In this document: positions 30,096-41,428 of the stretch, piece by piece
Position numbering within the stretch: the stretch's first letter is position 1
How the letters are laid out: every line of letters starts with the position of its first letter
The notes under the pieces: model-generated
Databases searched by the model: none
What the model saw: the letters and a program-made list of their open reading frames with translations, nothing else
Told to the model about the DNA's origin: nothing
From: an uncultured Verrucomicrobiae bacterium
GTDB lineage: Bacteria; Verrucomicrobiota; Verrucomicrobiia; Chthoniobacterales; UBA10450
Length of the DNA: 64,000 nucleotides
Direction: 5' to 3'
NCBI GenBank assembly: GCA_963726745.1
Contig: CAVSDR010000003.1
Location: forward strand, 96,001-160,000
Translations under genes and position numbers: made by a program

Positions 30096-31508
30096 ATGGC
30101 GGTTAAGACAGAAAAAGAACTGAGCGAAGCGCAGCGGAGCCATTGGCTGAAGGCGGTGGCCGCGGTGGAAATGCGGAATTTTGGCTACGCCATCTCGCTT
30201 CTGCAGGGAATCCTGAAACACGAGCCGGAATTCCTCACCGGCCGGCAGCTCCTCCGGCGCACCGAAGTGACGAAGCTGCGCGCGGAAAAGAAGAGCTTCT
30301 TCAGCATGTCGACCTCCTCGATCGGGGTGATGAAGGCGAAGAACGAGCTGAAGAAAGATCCGCGCAAGGCGATGGAATTGATCGAGAAAGTGCTCGAGGA
30401 CGAGCCTTACAATCGGCCGGCTAATTTACTCCTGAAAGAAGCGGCGGTCGCCGCCGGTATGCCGGAGATCGGTGTGCTCGCGATGCAGACTTTGCTCGAG
30501 GAAAAGCCGAAGGACACCAAGCTGCTGCACGAGCTCGGCCGGCTGTATCACCAGCTTGAGCAGAGCGACAAGGAAGTCGAAATCTACAACCGCATCACCG
30601 AGGTCGACCCGCTCGACTCCGAAGCGCTGCGGCTCGGGAAGGATGCCTCCGCCCGTGCCTCGATGAAGAGCGGCGGCTGGACCGAAGCCGAGAGCTATCG
30701 CGATTTAATCAAGGACAAGGAGACGGCGGTTTCGCTGGAGCAGCAAAACCGCATGGTCCTGACCGGCGAGTCGCTCGACCAGCAAATCGCCGAGACCTAC
30801 GAGCGCCATCAGGCGGAGCCGGAGAGCGTCGATCACGCGCGCAAGCTGGCGATGCTCAGCGAGCAGAAGGAAGACTACGAAAGCGCGATCGCCTGGTATC
30901 AATACGCGGCCGACCTGACCGGCGGCGCGGACAGCGCGCTCGTGCGCAAGGTTTCCGATCTCGGGTTCAAGCGCGCCGAGCGCGAGATTGCCGAGAACGA
31001 ACGCTGGCTCGCGGAACATGGCCCGGACGACGAAGGCTACGCCGAGCGCGCGGCGGCCCTGGACGCGGCCCGCCGGGCGCGCGCCGAAAGCTCAATCGAG
31101 GAAGCGCGGAAGCGTTCCGAAAGAAATCCGACCGATCTTCAGCTGCGCTTTGAGCTGGGCGAGCATTTGCTCGATGCCGGGCATTATCGCGAGGCGCTCC
31201 CAGAGCTGCAGCGCGCCCGGCAGCACCCAAACGCCCGGCTGCGAGCGATGAACCTGTTAGGCCGCTGTTACCAGCAACTCGGGATGCTCGACCTGGCGGT
31301 GAAGCAATTGGAGGAAGCCTCGCGCGAAATCTTGGTGATGGACGCGCAGAAGAAGGAGATCGTTTATAACCTCGGCCTGGTCTACGAGGAAATGGGGGAA
31401 GCGGAGAAGTCGATCGCGGCGATGAAGGAAATCTACGAGGTCGATTACGGCTACAAGGACGTGGCGACGCGGGTGGAAAGCTCCTACCAGAGCAGCCCGC
31501 AAAGCTAA
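30096..31508 (+). CDS. Tetratricopeptide-repeat protein
   Basis: Repeated helical TPR-like motifs (LHELGRLY, LRFELGEHL, YNLGLVYE). Confidence 0.8.
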   Translation: MAVKTEKELSEAQRSHWLKAVAAVEMRNFGYAISLLQGILKHEPEFLTGRQLLRRTEVTKLRAEKKSFFSMSTSSIGVMKAKNELKKDPRKAMELIEKVLEDEPYNRPANLLLKEAAVAAGMPEIGVLAMQTLLEEKPKDTKLLHELGRLYHQLEQSDKEVEIYNRITEVDPLDSEALRLGKDASARASMKSGGWTEAESYRDLIKDKETAVSLEQQNRMVLTGESLDQQIAETYERHQAEPESVDHARKLAMLSEQKEDYESAIAWYQYAADLTGGADSALVRKVSDLGFKRAEREIAENERWLAEHGPDDEGYAERAAALDAARRARAESSIEEARKRSERNPTDLQLRFELGEHLLDAGHYREALPELQRARQHPNARLRAMNLLGRCYQQLGMLDLAVKQLEEASREILVMDAQKKEIVYNLGLVYEEMGEAEKSIAAMKEIYEVDYGYKDVATRVESSYQSSPQS

Positions 31509-31614
31509 CGACCGCTGCAGACCTTGGAAATGGGCACGTCCAAGAGAGCGGTGCCTAGCGAAATGAAAGTGCCGGCAATCCGGCAAACCAACCAACCATT
31601 CAGTTAGCAACCTT

Positions 31615-32250
31615 ATGAAATCATTGAAAATTACCACGCGTTACGGCGCGGTCGCAGTCGCCCTCGGCACCTTCTGTTGTGCCAATCTCGCCTTTGCCGC
31701 CGAGCCCAGCGCTTCGCCCGCCACCGGCGCGGCCGAAAAGAAGTCGGACATGAAAATGACGGACAAGCACAAGTCCGACACGAAAATGGACGACAAAAAA
31801 CACGCCGAGATGAAGTCCGACGCGAAGCTCGACGACAAGGACAAGAGCTTCATGATGGAAGCAGCCAAAGGCGGCTTGATGGAAGTCGAGATGGGCAAGA
31901 TGGCGGCCAAGAAAGCCACTAACGCCGACGTCAAGGCTTTCGGCCAGCACATGGTCACCGACCACAGCAAGGCCAACGCCGAGCTGATGGCCCTCGCAAA
32001 AAAGAAGGGTGTCGCGCTCGATAAGAACGTGAAGGTCGAGAAGATCGACGAGAAGCGTTTCGACCACGAGTACATGGAATTGATGGTCAAGGATCACAAG
32101 AAGGACGTGGCTTCGTTCGAGAAAGCCGCGAAGAACAGCAAGGACGCGGACGTGAAGGCGTTTGCCGGCAAGACGCTCCCGACCTTGAAGCAACACCTCG
32201 AAATGGCCAAGCAGACCGAAGCCAAGGCCAAGGCCGAGAAGAAGAGCTAA
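31615..32250 (+). CDS. DUF4142 (ferritin-like) exported protein
   Basis: DKSFMMEAAKGGLMEVEMG, FGQHMVTDHSKAN, FDHEYMELMVKDH, TLPTLKQHL. Confidence 0.88.
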   Translation: MKSLKITTRYGAVAVALGTFCCANLAFAAEPSASPATGAAEKKSDMKMTDKHKSDTKMDDKKHAEMKSDAKLDDKDKSFMMEAAKGGLMEVEMGKMAAKKATNADVKAFGQHMVTDHSKANAELMALAKKKGVALDKNVKVEKIDEKRFDHEYMELMVKDHKKDVASFEKAAKNSKDADVKAFAGKTLPTLKQHLEMAKQTEAKAKAEKKS

Positions 32251-32276
32251 CAACCTCTCGTTAGGCAGTATTCCTC

Positions 32277-32313
32277 AACGCGGCGGGCCCGATTGGCTCG
32301 CCGCGTTTTTTTT
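32277..32313 (+). terminator. Rho-independent terminator
   Basis: Stem AACGCGGCGGGCC, loop CGATT, stem GGCTCGCCGCGTT, followed by a T-run, between convergent genes. Confidence 0.8.
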
Positions 32314-33418
32314 ATGGCTCGACCCGCAGCCGCAGCTCCACGACCAACCGCTCCCCGACCACGGTCGGCACTGGCGGCAGGTAGAGCTGGGGATCGATCC
32401 CGGTCACCCGCAGTCGCAGAACTTCCGCCCCCGGCAGGCGCTCAGCGTCGCCCGCCACGACGATCGCCTCGAGCGGTCCCGCGAACCGACCCACGCGCAG
32501 CCGCGCGATCTCGACCGTGGTGAAAGGGCTCACAAAATCGATCCGCAACGGCGCCAGCCCCGCGCGTGGCGGAAGCGCGAGCGCGACCTCCTTCCACTCT
32601 CCGTGCCCGATGCGTGTCACCACCGAGTCCTCCTCGCGGTGGATCCCGTCGTGCGTGTGAAAAAGCTGAATGATCGTCTGCCGGCCGGCCGCGGTTTGGC
32701 CGATCGTGCGGTCGCGCCAGTGCCGCGCGATGCGCTCCTGCAGGTCCAATGCGCAACGCCGATAATATTCCAGCAGCTCCGCGCCGCGACCGGCAAGGAG
32801 CGCCTCCACTGGCTCGGGCAACGCCTTGGCCGGCGGCTTTTGCCAGACACCCAGGCCCGGGCCGTCGGGAAAGGTGAACGAGCGGCCGCGGGTCTGCATT
32901 TCCTCCCAAACTTTCCACACGCCAAAATCGCGCACGCGCACACGGACATCGTGCATCAAAAGCAGGCCGCCCGGCGCGAGCTTCGGCAGCCAGCCAGCGA
33001 GATCAGCCCGCACCGCGGCCTCGGTGTGGAGCCCGTCGAGATGCAGCAGCTCGATGCTCCCGTCGGGAAACTGCGGCAGCGCCTCGGCAAAGCTCGAGCG
33101 CACCAGCGTCGCAAACTTCGCGTAGTGCTGCGCGTGCTCCGCCGAGACTTCCGCGAAGGTTGTCTCGTCGTAGGCGCCCGCCTGGTCGTCCCCGCGCCAG
33201 GTATCGACGGCGAAGCAGCGCGTCCCGGTCGCGTGTTCCGCCGTCGCCTGGCAAAAGGCGAAAAAGCTTTCCCCGCGATCCGTCCCCAGCTCCACGAAAA
33301 CGCGCGGCCGCAGGGTAGCCATGAGGTCGTAGGCAAAATGGAGGTTGTCGGTCCACGCACCCACGCCGTAGACCCGCGGCTCGAAGTTTCGCGAAGGCAG
33401 CTCGCTCGGTTTTTCCAT
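32312..33418 (-). CDS. Class I SAM-dependent methyltransferase (Methyltransf_24-like), glycan-associated
   Basis: VELGTDRGES, AVDTWRGD, LHLDGLHT, GGLLLMHD. Confidence 0.85.
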   Translation of the reverse strand: MEKPSELPSRNFEPRVYGVGAWTDNLHFAYDLMATLRPRVFVELGTDRGESFFAFCQATAEHATGTRCFAVDTWRGDDQAGAYDETTFAEVSAEHAQHYAKFATLVRSSFAEALPQFPDGSIELLHLDGLHTEAAVRADLAGWLPKLAPGGLLLMHDVRVRVRDFGVWKVWEEMQTRGRSFTFPDGPGLGVWQKPPAKALPEPVEALLAGRGAELLEYYRRCALDLQERIARHWRDRTIGQTAAGRQTIIQLFHTHDGIHREEDSVVTRIGHGEWKEVALALPPRAGLAPLRIDFVSPFTTVEIARLRVGRFAGPLEAIVVAGDAERLPGAEVLRLRVTGIDPQLYLPPVPTVVGERLVVELRLRVEP

Positions 33419-33458
33419 CTTCCCCGATAGTAAACGCGCCTGTGCTATCGTCATCTCC

Positions 33459-34491
33459 ATGCCGTCGCCGCGCCTGCTTTTCGTCGCGCACGAGATGACG
33501 CTCAGCGGCGCGCCGATCCAGCTCGCCTATCTCGTCCGCTGGCTCGCCGCGCGTGGCTGGGACCTCACTGTGCTCGCCCCGGAACCGGGCGCGCTCGCAA
33601 ACGAACTCGGCGACGCGCAGACGATTTTTGACAGCCACTTGTTAGCCGACCCGGCGCGCGCCCGCTTCCGCGAAGTCCTCCCGCAGTTCGACCTCGTCGC
33701 TCGCGAACACCGTCGCCGCCTGGCAGGCGATCTACACCGCGGATGAGCTCGGCGTGCGCTCGCTTTGGTATCTCCACGAAACCCGGGTCGGCCGCGAGCT
33801 TATGGACCTCATCCCGGTGATCCAGCCGACCCTGGCAAAAGCGCACGCGCTCATCGCGCCCACCCAAACTACCGCCGCAATCTACTCCCCGTTCACCCAG
33901 CGAAAAATCCATGTCGTGCCCTATGGCATCCCGGATTTAGCCGGCAAGATCGCGACGACGAATGCGCGGCTCACTGGCGCGGTTATTGGCACGCTCGAGC
34001 CGCGGAAAGGCCAGGACGTTTTGCTGGCTGCGCTTGCGCTTTTGCCTGCCGCAGAAGTGGCCGTCAAAATCGCCGGGCGCGCGCTCGACCCGGCATTCGT
34101 TAGGCAATTGCCGGCGGATCCGCGGGTGGAATTTCTCGGCGCCTTGGAGCATGCCGCCGCGGTCGGCCTGCTCCGCGCCGCCGACTTTCTCGTGCTGCCG
34201 TCGCGCGACGAGACCATGCCGTTGGTCCTGCTCGAAGCGATGAGCCTGGGAAAACCGATCGTGAGCACGGACGTGGGCGGGATCGCGGAATGGCTCCGTG
34301 ATGGCGAGAACGGCCTCCTCGTTCCGCCTGGCGATCCGGCCGCGCTCGCGGCGGCCCTGCGGCGTTTGCTCGGCGACTCTGCGCTGCGCGCACGTCTCGG
34401 CCGCGCAGCCCGCGCGACTTTCGAGGAGCACTTTGCACTCGAGCGTTACGGCGCACGCATGGCCGCCATCCTCCAGGAGACGCTCGCTTGA
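33459..34491 (+). CDS. Glycosyltransferase family 4, frameshift near 33698
   Basis: HEMTLSGAP, WYLHE, RKGQD, PSRDETMPLVLLEAM, TDVGGIAE. Confidence 0.88.
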
Positions 34492-35931
34492 GACCGGGTT
34501 CCTACGAGGAATGGGTGCGGCGCTACGATACCCTCACGGAGGAGGACCGCGCCTGCTTCCGCGCGGAAGCAGCGCGCCTAACGAGTCCTCCGCGGATCTC
34601 CATCTTGCTGCCTGTTTTCAATCCAGAGCTGCCCTGGTTGCGGGCGGCGATCGATTCCGTAAAGGCGCAGACCTACGCGCACTGGCAACTTTGCCTGGCG
34701 GATGACGCCTCTACGCATGCCGGCGTGCGCGAGTTCCTCCGGGAGATGGCGGCGAGCGACCCGCGCATCCGGCTTGTGTTGCGCGAGCGCAATGGCCACA
34801 TCTCGGCCTGCTCGAATTCCGCGCTCGCGCTGGCCGAGGGCGACTGGTGCGGCTTCCTCGATCAGGACGACCTGCTCGCGGAGCACGCGCTTTCGATGGT
34901 CGCGCGCGAAATTGCCGCTTCTCCCGCCGCGGGCCTGATCTATTCCGACGAGGATTTTCTCGAAGCCAGCGGCGCGCGCACGAACCCCTTCTTCAAGCCC
35001 GACTGGAACCCGGAGCTCTTCCTCGGGCAAAATTACCTGAACCACTTTAGCGTCTACCGCACCGATCTGCTGCGCGCGGTCGGCGGACTGCGCGAAGGCT
35101 TCGAAGGCTCGCAGGATTACGACCTCGCGCTGCGCTGCGCCACCCGCCTGCGGGCGGAACAAATCCGCCACCTGCCGCGCATCCTTTATCACTGGCGCAT
35201 GGTGCCCGGGAGCCTGGCTGCGGCCCGCGACGCCAAGCCCTACGCCAAGGATGCGGCTCGCAAAGCGCTGGCTGATTTTGTCGCAACCCGCGGCTGGCCG
35301 GCGGTGGTCGAGCCTTGCCCGGAAAACGTGGAGTCGCATCGCGTCCGCTTCGCTCGACCCGCGGCGGAAGTAACGCTCCTGCGCCACTGCGGAGGATCCG
35401 CTTCCCGCGACCGGCGTGCTCCTGTTTCTCCGGCCCGACCTCACCCTTCGACCGGAAGAGATTGATGAATTGGCCGCACAGGCGTCGCGCCCGGAGGTTG
35501 GCGTAATCGGCGCGCGCATCTGGTCGGCTAACGACACGCTGGAGCATGGCGGGTATATCATCGGCGAGGGTGTGGCGCGCGATGCGCATCACGGCCTGCC
35601 GCGCGGCCATCCCGGCTTTTTCAATCGCACGTTTCTTCAGCGGAACTGCACCGCGGTCTCGAGCGCCTGCCTCGCGATCCGCGCGGAACTTTTCCATGAA
35701 CTGGGCCAGCCCGGGGGGATCGAACTTTGCCAGCGAGTTCGCGCGCGCGGGCTCGGCGTGGTTTGGACGCCCTATGCGAATCCGGTCGCCGCGGCGCCAG
35801 TGCCCGCCGAATTGCCCGCCACTGCAGGCGAGGAGGATCCCTTCTACAGCCCAAATCTTTCTCTCCAGCCTAACGATCAGTTCGAGCTCGCCTTTCCGCC
35901 GCGCTGGTGGCGCGGCCGCGTCTCGGCCTAA
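34488..35931 (+). CDS. Glycosyltransferase family 2, frameshift near 35390
   Basis: ISILLPVFN, LADDAS, FLDQDD, YSDED, FKPDWNP, GSQDYD; the C-terminal part ends DPFYSPNL. Confidence 0.85.
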
Positions 35932-38489
35932 CGACCCTGCTCGGCCAGGTGGAATTGCGCGAGCTTGCTCCGCTCGACTCCAAAGACGCTCGCCCGCGGC
36001 TCGAAGCGCTCGAGCAAGGCGCCGTAGCGCTCGAGGAAATGCCGCACGAGATCGAGCTCGAAAAGATTCGTGGTGTTAATCATCGAGGTCTCGTGGTGGC
36101 GGTAAAGGCAGAGCGTGTTCGCGACGAAGCCGACCGACTCCTCGCGCTGGGCCAGGCGCAACCACATGTCGTAATCCTCCCAACCGAACCACCCGATCTG
36201 GCTCAGCTCGCTGTCGTAGCCACCCACCTCCAGCAAAGTCGCGCGATGGAAGAGCGCCATCGCGTCGATGTAAGGATGCTGCACCAAAATCTGCGGGTCC
36301 CAATCGTAGTAAGAGAGCAGGCCCACGCGATTCTGCGGCGAACCGCGGAAGCGGCAGAGCAAACTATAGGCAGCGGCATGCGGCCCCGCGGTGATCGTCT
36401 CCATCAGCTGCCGGAAGGCCTGCGGGTAAACCAGGTTGTCCGCGTCCATCATGAAGACGTAGGGCGCGCGGGCATGGCGCAGGCCGACATTGCGCGCGTC
36501 CGCCAGGCCGGTGTTAAATTTTTTCTCGACCACGCGCACCGGCCGGCGGGCGCCCCGCAGGATCGCGAGCGCGCGGGCTAACGAGTGATCGGTCGAGCCG
36601 TCGTCGACGATTACGATCTCGGCTGACGCCGGGAGATGGGCGAGCGCGGCGGTGACGCTGCGGACACACTCGTCGATGTGCTGCGCGTAATTGTAGAGCG
36701 TGATGATGACGGCTAATTCCGGCGCCGGGGCGGTTTGATGGGGCGCGTTGTCGTGCACCACTGCGATCGGTTTTCCCTCTTCCTCGAGCGCGTGCTGCCG
36801 GGCCAGCCGGTCGCGGTAGCCCTGGCGGCGGGCGATCACTTGCGCGCGCGCGGATTGTTCCGCCTGCAGGTCTACCGTCACGCTTTCCGCCGGCGCGGGA
36901 GCAGGCGAGCTACGGAAGCCGAAGAGATCCTCGCGCAACGCCTCGCCCAGAAGCCGGCGGGTGTGGCGCGCGAGATGTTTACGAAGGCCTGGCGAGAGCG
37001 CGGCCGGTGCGGCATCGGCAGTCAGGCGGGGTGCTTTCTCGAGATCGTCCGCATCCGGCGCCTCGATCTCCTGGAGAAACAGGCGGCAAGTTTGGCCCTG
37101 GCGCAGTTCCCGTTCGACAAACTCCCGCCCGGCGCGCGCGATCGCAGCGCATTCCTCGGGATGTGCGAGGTAATACTCACAGGCCGGGATGAGATACTCC
37201 GGGTCGACCATGACGAAGTGCCGCCCGGGCACGAGCGCGCCGTGGCCCTGGCAGGTCTCGGTGATGATGCAGCAGCCATTCGCCAGACCCACGAGCATGC
37301 GGTGCCATTCGAAATATTTCTGCTCCGAGTAATGCACATTCAGCAGGATGCGGGTGTCGCTCAGGAGCTGGTTCCGCGCGGCCGCGTCGAGGTAGCTGCG
37401 GGTCTGTTTCGTCTTCGCGAAGCCCAGCGGCACCAGCCGCAGATGGCAGCGGTGTCGCGAGAAGAAGTCCGCATGTCGCGCGAGAAATTCATCGCGCCGC
37501 GCGGTCATCGCGCCGAGAAAAGTGAGATCGAAAGTGCGCGTGGAATGCGCCCGCGCCCCTTCCCCCTCGAGCATCGGGTGGTAGCCGAGTTGGAGTTGCT
37601 CCGCGGGCAGTTGGCGCTGGCGATAGGCCGCGACGCCCAGCGGATTGATATCGGCCACGCCGCGGGCGTAGTGCGCCCACTGGAGATTGCTGTGAAACCA
37701 GCCGGTCTCTGGTTGCTCAGTGCAGAGCAGGTAAACGCCGCCGGTGAGCCGCCGCGCCTCGGCCCGCGAGAGCTGCTCGCGCAGGAAAAGATTGTAGAAT
37801 TCGTGCGGCGTCAGAACGATCTGGAGCGTGTCCGCGGGTGGCTCCGCTTCCGGGAATTCATCGAGCCGCAGGCGCGCCGCACAGCCGAGCTCACGAAAGC
37901 CGGCTGCGACCAGCTCGCCGATCTCGAGGATGAAAAGATTCGACTTCTTCGTCCCGAAAATCTCCACCCGGCGCGTGCGCGGGGCGGCAGGATCGCGGGC
38001 GGCCGGCAGTGAAACGACCGGGCGCGCGCGCGCCTCGCGCCCGGCGACGAAGCGCTCGAGGTAGGCCACCAGAAAACCGCGCAGATGCGGCAGCCCCAGG
38101 CGTTCCACCAGGCTGAGCGGGTAGGATTGCACCGTCGCGCGCGCGAAAGTCTGCCAGTGCCGCGCCGCGTCCAGCACCTGGAACTCGAGCTCGTTTCGCC
38201 CAAAGCCGAGCTGCAGGTGAAACAGGAAACCGCTCTCCGCCGCCTGCGGCAGATCGGGGAATGCGGCCGCCACATCCGGCCGCTGGCGCTTGCGGCGCGC
38301 GCGCTGGACCACGCGTTTGCGCAACCGCCGGCGCAAGACCGCGCGCAAGCCATGGACCGGCGCGCCGGTGGTCTCGAAAAGCCAGCCGTGCAGCTCGATC
38401 GTTCCGCCGAGGAGGATCTCCGGCAGCGGGCTGTCGAAGCGGAAGCGAAAAGCCTTCGCTGCTTTGTTCTCCCGGGCCGCGACAATCAT
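35928..38489 (-). CDS. Multidomain glycosyltransferase (N-terminal beta domain, GT-B-like middle, GT2 C-terminus)
   Basis: LNVH...FEWHR, VDDGSTD, ARNVG, MDADN, WEDYDMW. Confidence 0.82.
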   Translation of the reverse strand: MIVAARENKAAKAFRFRFDSPLPEILLGGTIELHGWLFETTGAPVHGLRAVLRRRLRKRVVQRARRKRQRPDVAAAFPDLPQAAESGFLFHLQLGFGRNELEFQVLDAARHWQTFARATVQSYPLSLVERLGLPHLRGFLVAYLERFVAGREARARPVVSLPAARDPAAPRTRRVEIFGTKKSNLFILEIGELVAAGFRELGCAARLRLDEFPEAEPPADTLQIVLTPHEFYNLFLREQLSRAEARRLTGGVYLLCTEQPETGWFHSNLQWAHYARGVADINPLGVAAYRQRQLPAEQLQLGYHPMLEGEGARAHSTRTFDLTFLGAMTARRDEFLARHADFFSRHRCHLRLVPLGFAKTKQTRSYLDAAARNQLLSDTRILLNVHYSEQKYFEWHRMLVGLANGCCIITETCQGHGALVPGRHFVMVDPEYLIPACEYYLAHPEECAAIARAGREFVERELRQGQTCRLFLQEIEAPDADDLEKAPRLTADAAPAALSPGLRKHLARHTRRLLGEALREDLFGFRSSPAPAPAESVTVDLQAEQSARAQVIARRQGYRDRLARQHALEEEGKPIAVVHDNAPHQTAPAPELAVIITLYNYAQHIDECVRSVTAALAHLPASAEIVIVDDGSTDHSLARALAILRGARRPVRVVEKKFNTGLADARNVGLRHARAPYVFMMDADNLVYPQAFRQLMETITAGPHAAAYSLLCRFRGSPQNRVGLLSYYDWDPQILVQHPYIDAMALFHRATLLEVGGYDSELSQIGWFGWEDYDMWLRLAQREESVGFVANTLCLYRHHETSMINTTNLFELDLVRHFLERYGALLERFEPRASVFGVERSKLAQFHLAEQGR

Positions 38490-38525
38490 CGGGCAGAGAA
38501 TCGCCGCACGCGGCGGCGGTTCAAA

Positions 38526-41416
38526 TCACGAATCGAGCTTTCCAAGGCGCGGCGGGAAGGCCAGCTTCCACTGCTCGTTAGGCTCGAGCGAAAGGTTGGG
38601 ATTGTAGTAAGGATCGCGCTCCAGCAGGTCGCCCCAGCGGCGGCGCATGGTCGCGATCTCGCGCAGGAAGCGCCGCTGCTTCTCCGCCGTGTCCTCGACC
38701 CCGCGGCTGGCCGATTCATGATGCCGCAGCTCGGCGTGCGGCGTCCAAACGATGCGCAACCCGGCGGCGCGCAGGCGCAGGCAGAAGTCGACATCGTTGA
38801 AAGCCACCGGCAATTCCGTTTCGTCGAGGCCACCAAAGCGCTGGTAAATTTCCTTCCGCAGGACCAGGCAGGCGCCGGTGACCGCGGAAAAATTCTGCGT
38901 GAGATGCGCGCGCCCGAAATAGCCGTGCTCGCGCCGCACGCCGGCATGCGCATGCGTGGCCACGCCGCCCACGCCCAGGAGCACGCCGCCGTGCTGCATC
39001 GTGCCGTCGGGATACCAGAGCCGCGCGCCGACTGCGCCAATCTCCGGCCGGAGCGCGTGGCTCACCATTTCGCGAAGCCAGCCGGCGTGCATCGCCTCGA
39101 GGTCGTTGTTCAGCAGGCCAATGACCTCGCCGCGCGCCTGCGCGACGCCGAGATTATTTAGCCGGCTAAAGTTGAACTCGCCGGCTACTGGAAGCACGCG
39201 CACGCGCGGGTGGCGCGTCAGCTCCTCGAGCAGCGCGCGCGTTTCCGCTTCGCGGCTTTCATTGTCCACGATCAAAATCTCGAAGGGCGCGTAATCAGTT
39301 TTAGCCAGCAAGCTCTCCACCGCTTGCTGCAACAAATCCGCCCGGTCGCGCGTGGGAATAATGAGCGTAACCAACGGCGGCGCCGCCGGCAGTGGGTGAA
39401 TCACGCGCAAGTAATGCGCGTAATGCGGTTCCACGCGCGCGTCCACGCCGCGGCGTTGCCAATGTTCCGCGACTGCGCGCACCGCCGCCTCTTGCGCATA
39501 CGGCTTCGCGCCGGCGACCGCGGCCGTGCTCTCGCCGGCGCTGCGCCAATGGTAGAGCACGCGCGGAATATGCTCGATCTGCGCAGGCTCGATCTGCTCG
39601 GCGCAGCGGAGGACAAGGTCGTGGTCCTGCGAGCCTTCAAAACCGAGCCGAAAGCCCCCCACCGCCGCACCAGTTCCGTCCGGTAGACGCCAAGATGGGA
39701 AACGTAATTTTGCGCGCAGAGCAGGTCGGGATTCCAATCGCTCTTGAAGTAGGGATCGGTCCGGCGGCCCTGCGCATCGAGCTTGTCCTCGTCGCTGTAG
39801 AGCAGCTGGAGCCCGGGCGTTTGCTGCAGCGCGAGCGCGTTGCAGTAGAGCGCGAGCGGCGCGAGTTCGTCGTCGTGATCCAGCAGAGCAATGAACTCGC
39901 CACGGGCCATCGCGAGGGCGTCATTCGAGGCCGCGGAGATGTGGCCATTGTGCTCGCGGCGATGGAAACGAATCCGCGGGTCGCCCCGGGCCGCGCGCAA
40001 GAGTTCGCGCGCCACGCGCGGATCGGTCGAGGCGTCGTCGACCACGCAGAGTTCCCAATGCGGGTAAAGCTGCGCGCGCACGGAAGCGAGTGCGCGCCGG
40101 AGCCAGCGCACCTCGGGATTGTAGACCGGCAGCAGGACCGAGAAGAGCGGAGGCGACGACCAGCCGGCAATTTGCGCGCGCATCTTCGTGCTTTCCGCAC
40201 TCGTTAGGCGGTCATACAGCGCGATCCACTCGGCGTAGTTGCCGACCGCTTCGGTCGCATCGCTTTGCCGGCGGGACACGAGTGCGCCGCGCATCGGCGT
40301 GGTGAAAAACGTCTCCCATTTCCCCGCTTCGCTCCGCGCCTCGAGCAGGAACTGGCGGCGACCCCACGGTATTGTTGCCTCCAACCGAAAACCACAGCGC
40401 AAGGCAGCTGCGCCGCGTTCGTTGGCCACGGCCACATCGGGCCGGAGAATGCCGTAGTGCGCCGGAAAAATCTTCCGGCCGAGGCGCCCGCGCAGTTCCG
40501 CGACGTCCGGTCCGCTCCTGGCGAAACACCAGCCAGCAACATGGAGGTGACGCTGCGGCGCGGACCAGTCCGTCGGCCGATCGATCCAAAAGTTAAAGCG
40601 CGAACCGGCGGCCGCATCCGGTGCAAACAGGAGCGCATCCTCGGCGCTCAGCGGCTCCGGCACTGCGCCCGTGCCTTCGACCTCGCCCAGGAAAAATGGG
40701 TGCCAGCCGCCGCGCACCAGCAACGCCTCCAACCGGAGCGCGTGCCGGCCGCGCGGCACCTCCACCGCGACGGCAAACCCGGCCGCGCCTGCGCCTTCCT
40801 TCCCGGGAAAAATAGCCGGCAAATCCTCTCGCGGCAGCCCGTGGCGCCCAGGGAAAACGCGCTCGTCCACCCGCGCGCGCACGCCGGCGATGGGCGATCC
40901 TTCGTGCGGCAAGCACCAGCCCGCCAGAAATTGCCGGCTCGCCGGCGCGGCCAGATTGGCCGGCCGATCGAGGTGAAAAGCGAAGCGCATACTGGCTTCG
41001 CGTTCCTCGAGCGCGCGCCAAAGTTTCCGCTCCGTCGCGCTCTCTCGCAGCGGCCCGCGCACGTCGCAGGCGAAGGCTTTTTGCCACGCGCCGTCGGCCC
41101 GCGCGACCTGCAGTTCCAGCCGCCCGCGGCCGAAGGGCACGACCACATCCACGGTGAAGCCGCACCAGCGCGGCGCGTCCGGCAGGGCCAAATAGGCAGC
41201 CACTTCGGGCCGCGCGCGATCGAAGACGCCGGGGAAAATTTCCCCACGCAAGCGCGCGCGGAGACGGACAAGCGGCGCCCCGTGTTTCGCCACGCACCAG
41301 CCGGAAAGCCGGAGCCGGCGGACGCGTTGCGACCAATCCCGCGGCTCGTCCAGCCAGAGATGAAACTTCCGCGAAACCTGCGCGCGCGCGTTTTCGGGAA
41401 GCGGGAAATTCTGCAC
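38526..41416 (-). CDS. Large double-GT2 glycosyltransferase with three N-terminal repeats, frameshift at a C-run near 39655
   Basis: SVLLPVYN, LLDHDD, YSDEDK in ORF 39401..41416; GSQDHD, IIPTRD, LLNND, NDVDFCLR, DPYYNPNL in ORF 38526..39737. Confidence 0.85.
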
Positions 41417-41428
41417 GGAAGAGCGCGC

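Noticed and set aside
31738..31840. Short tandem AAGTCCGAC..AAAATG repeats
   Set aside because: In-frame low-complexity Lys/Asp/Met linker of the DUF4142 protein; not a CRISPR array or DNA-level repeat.
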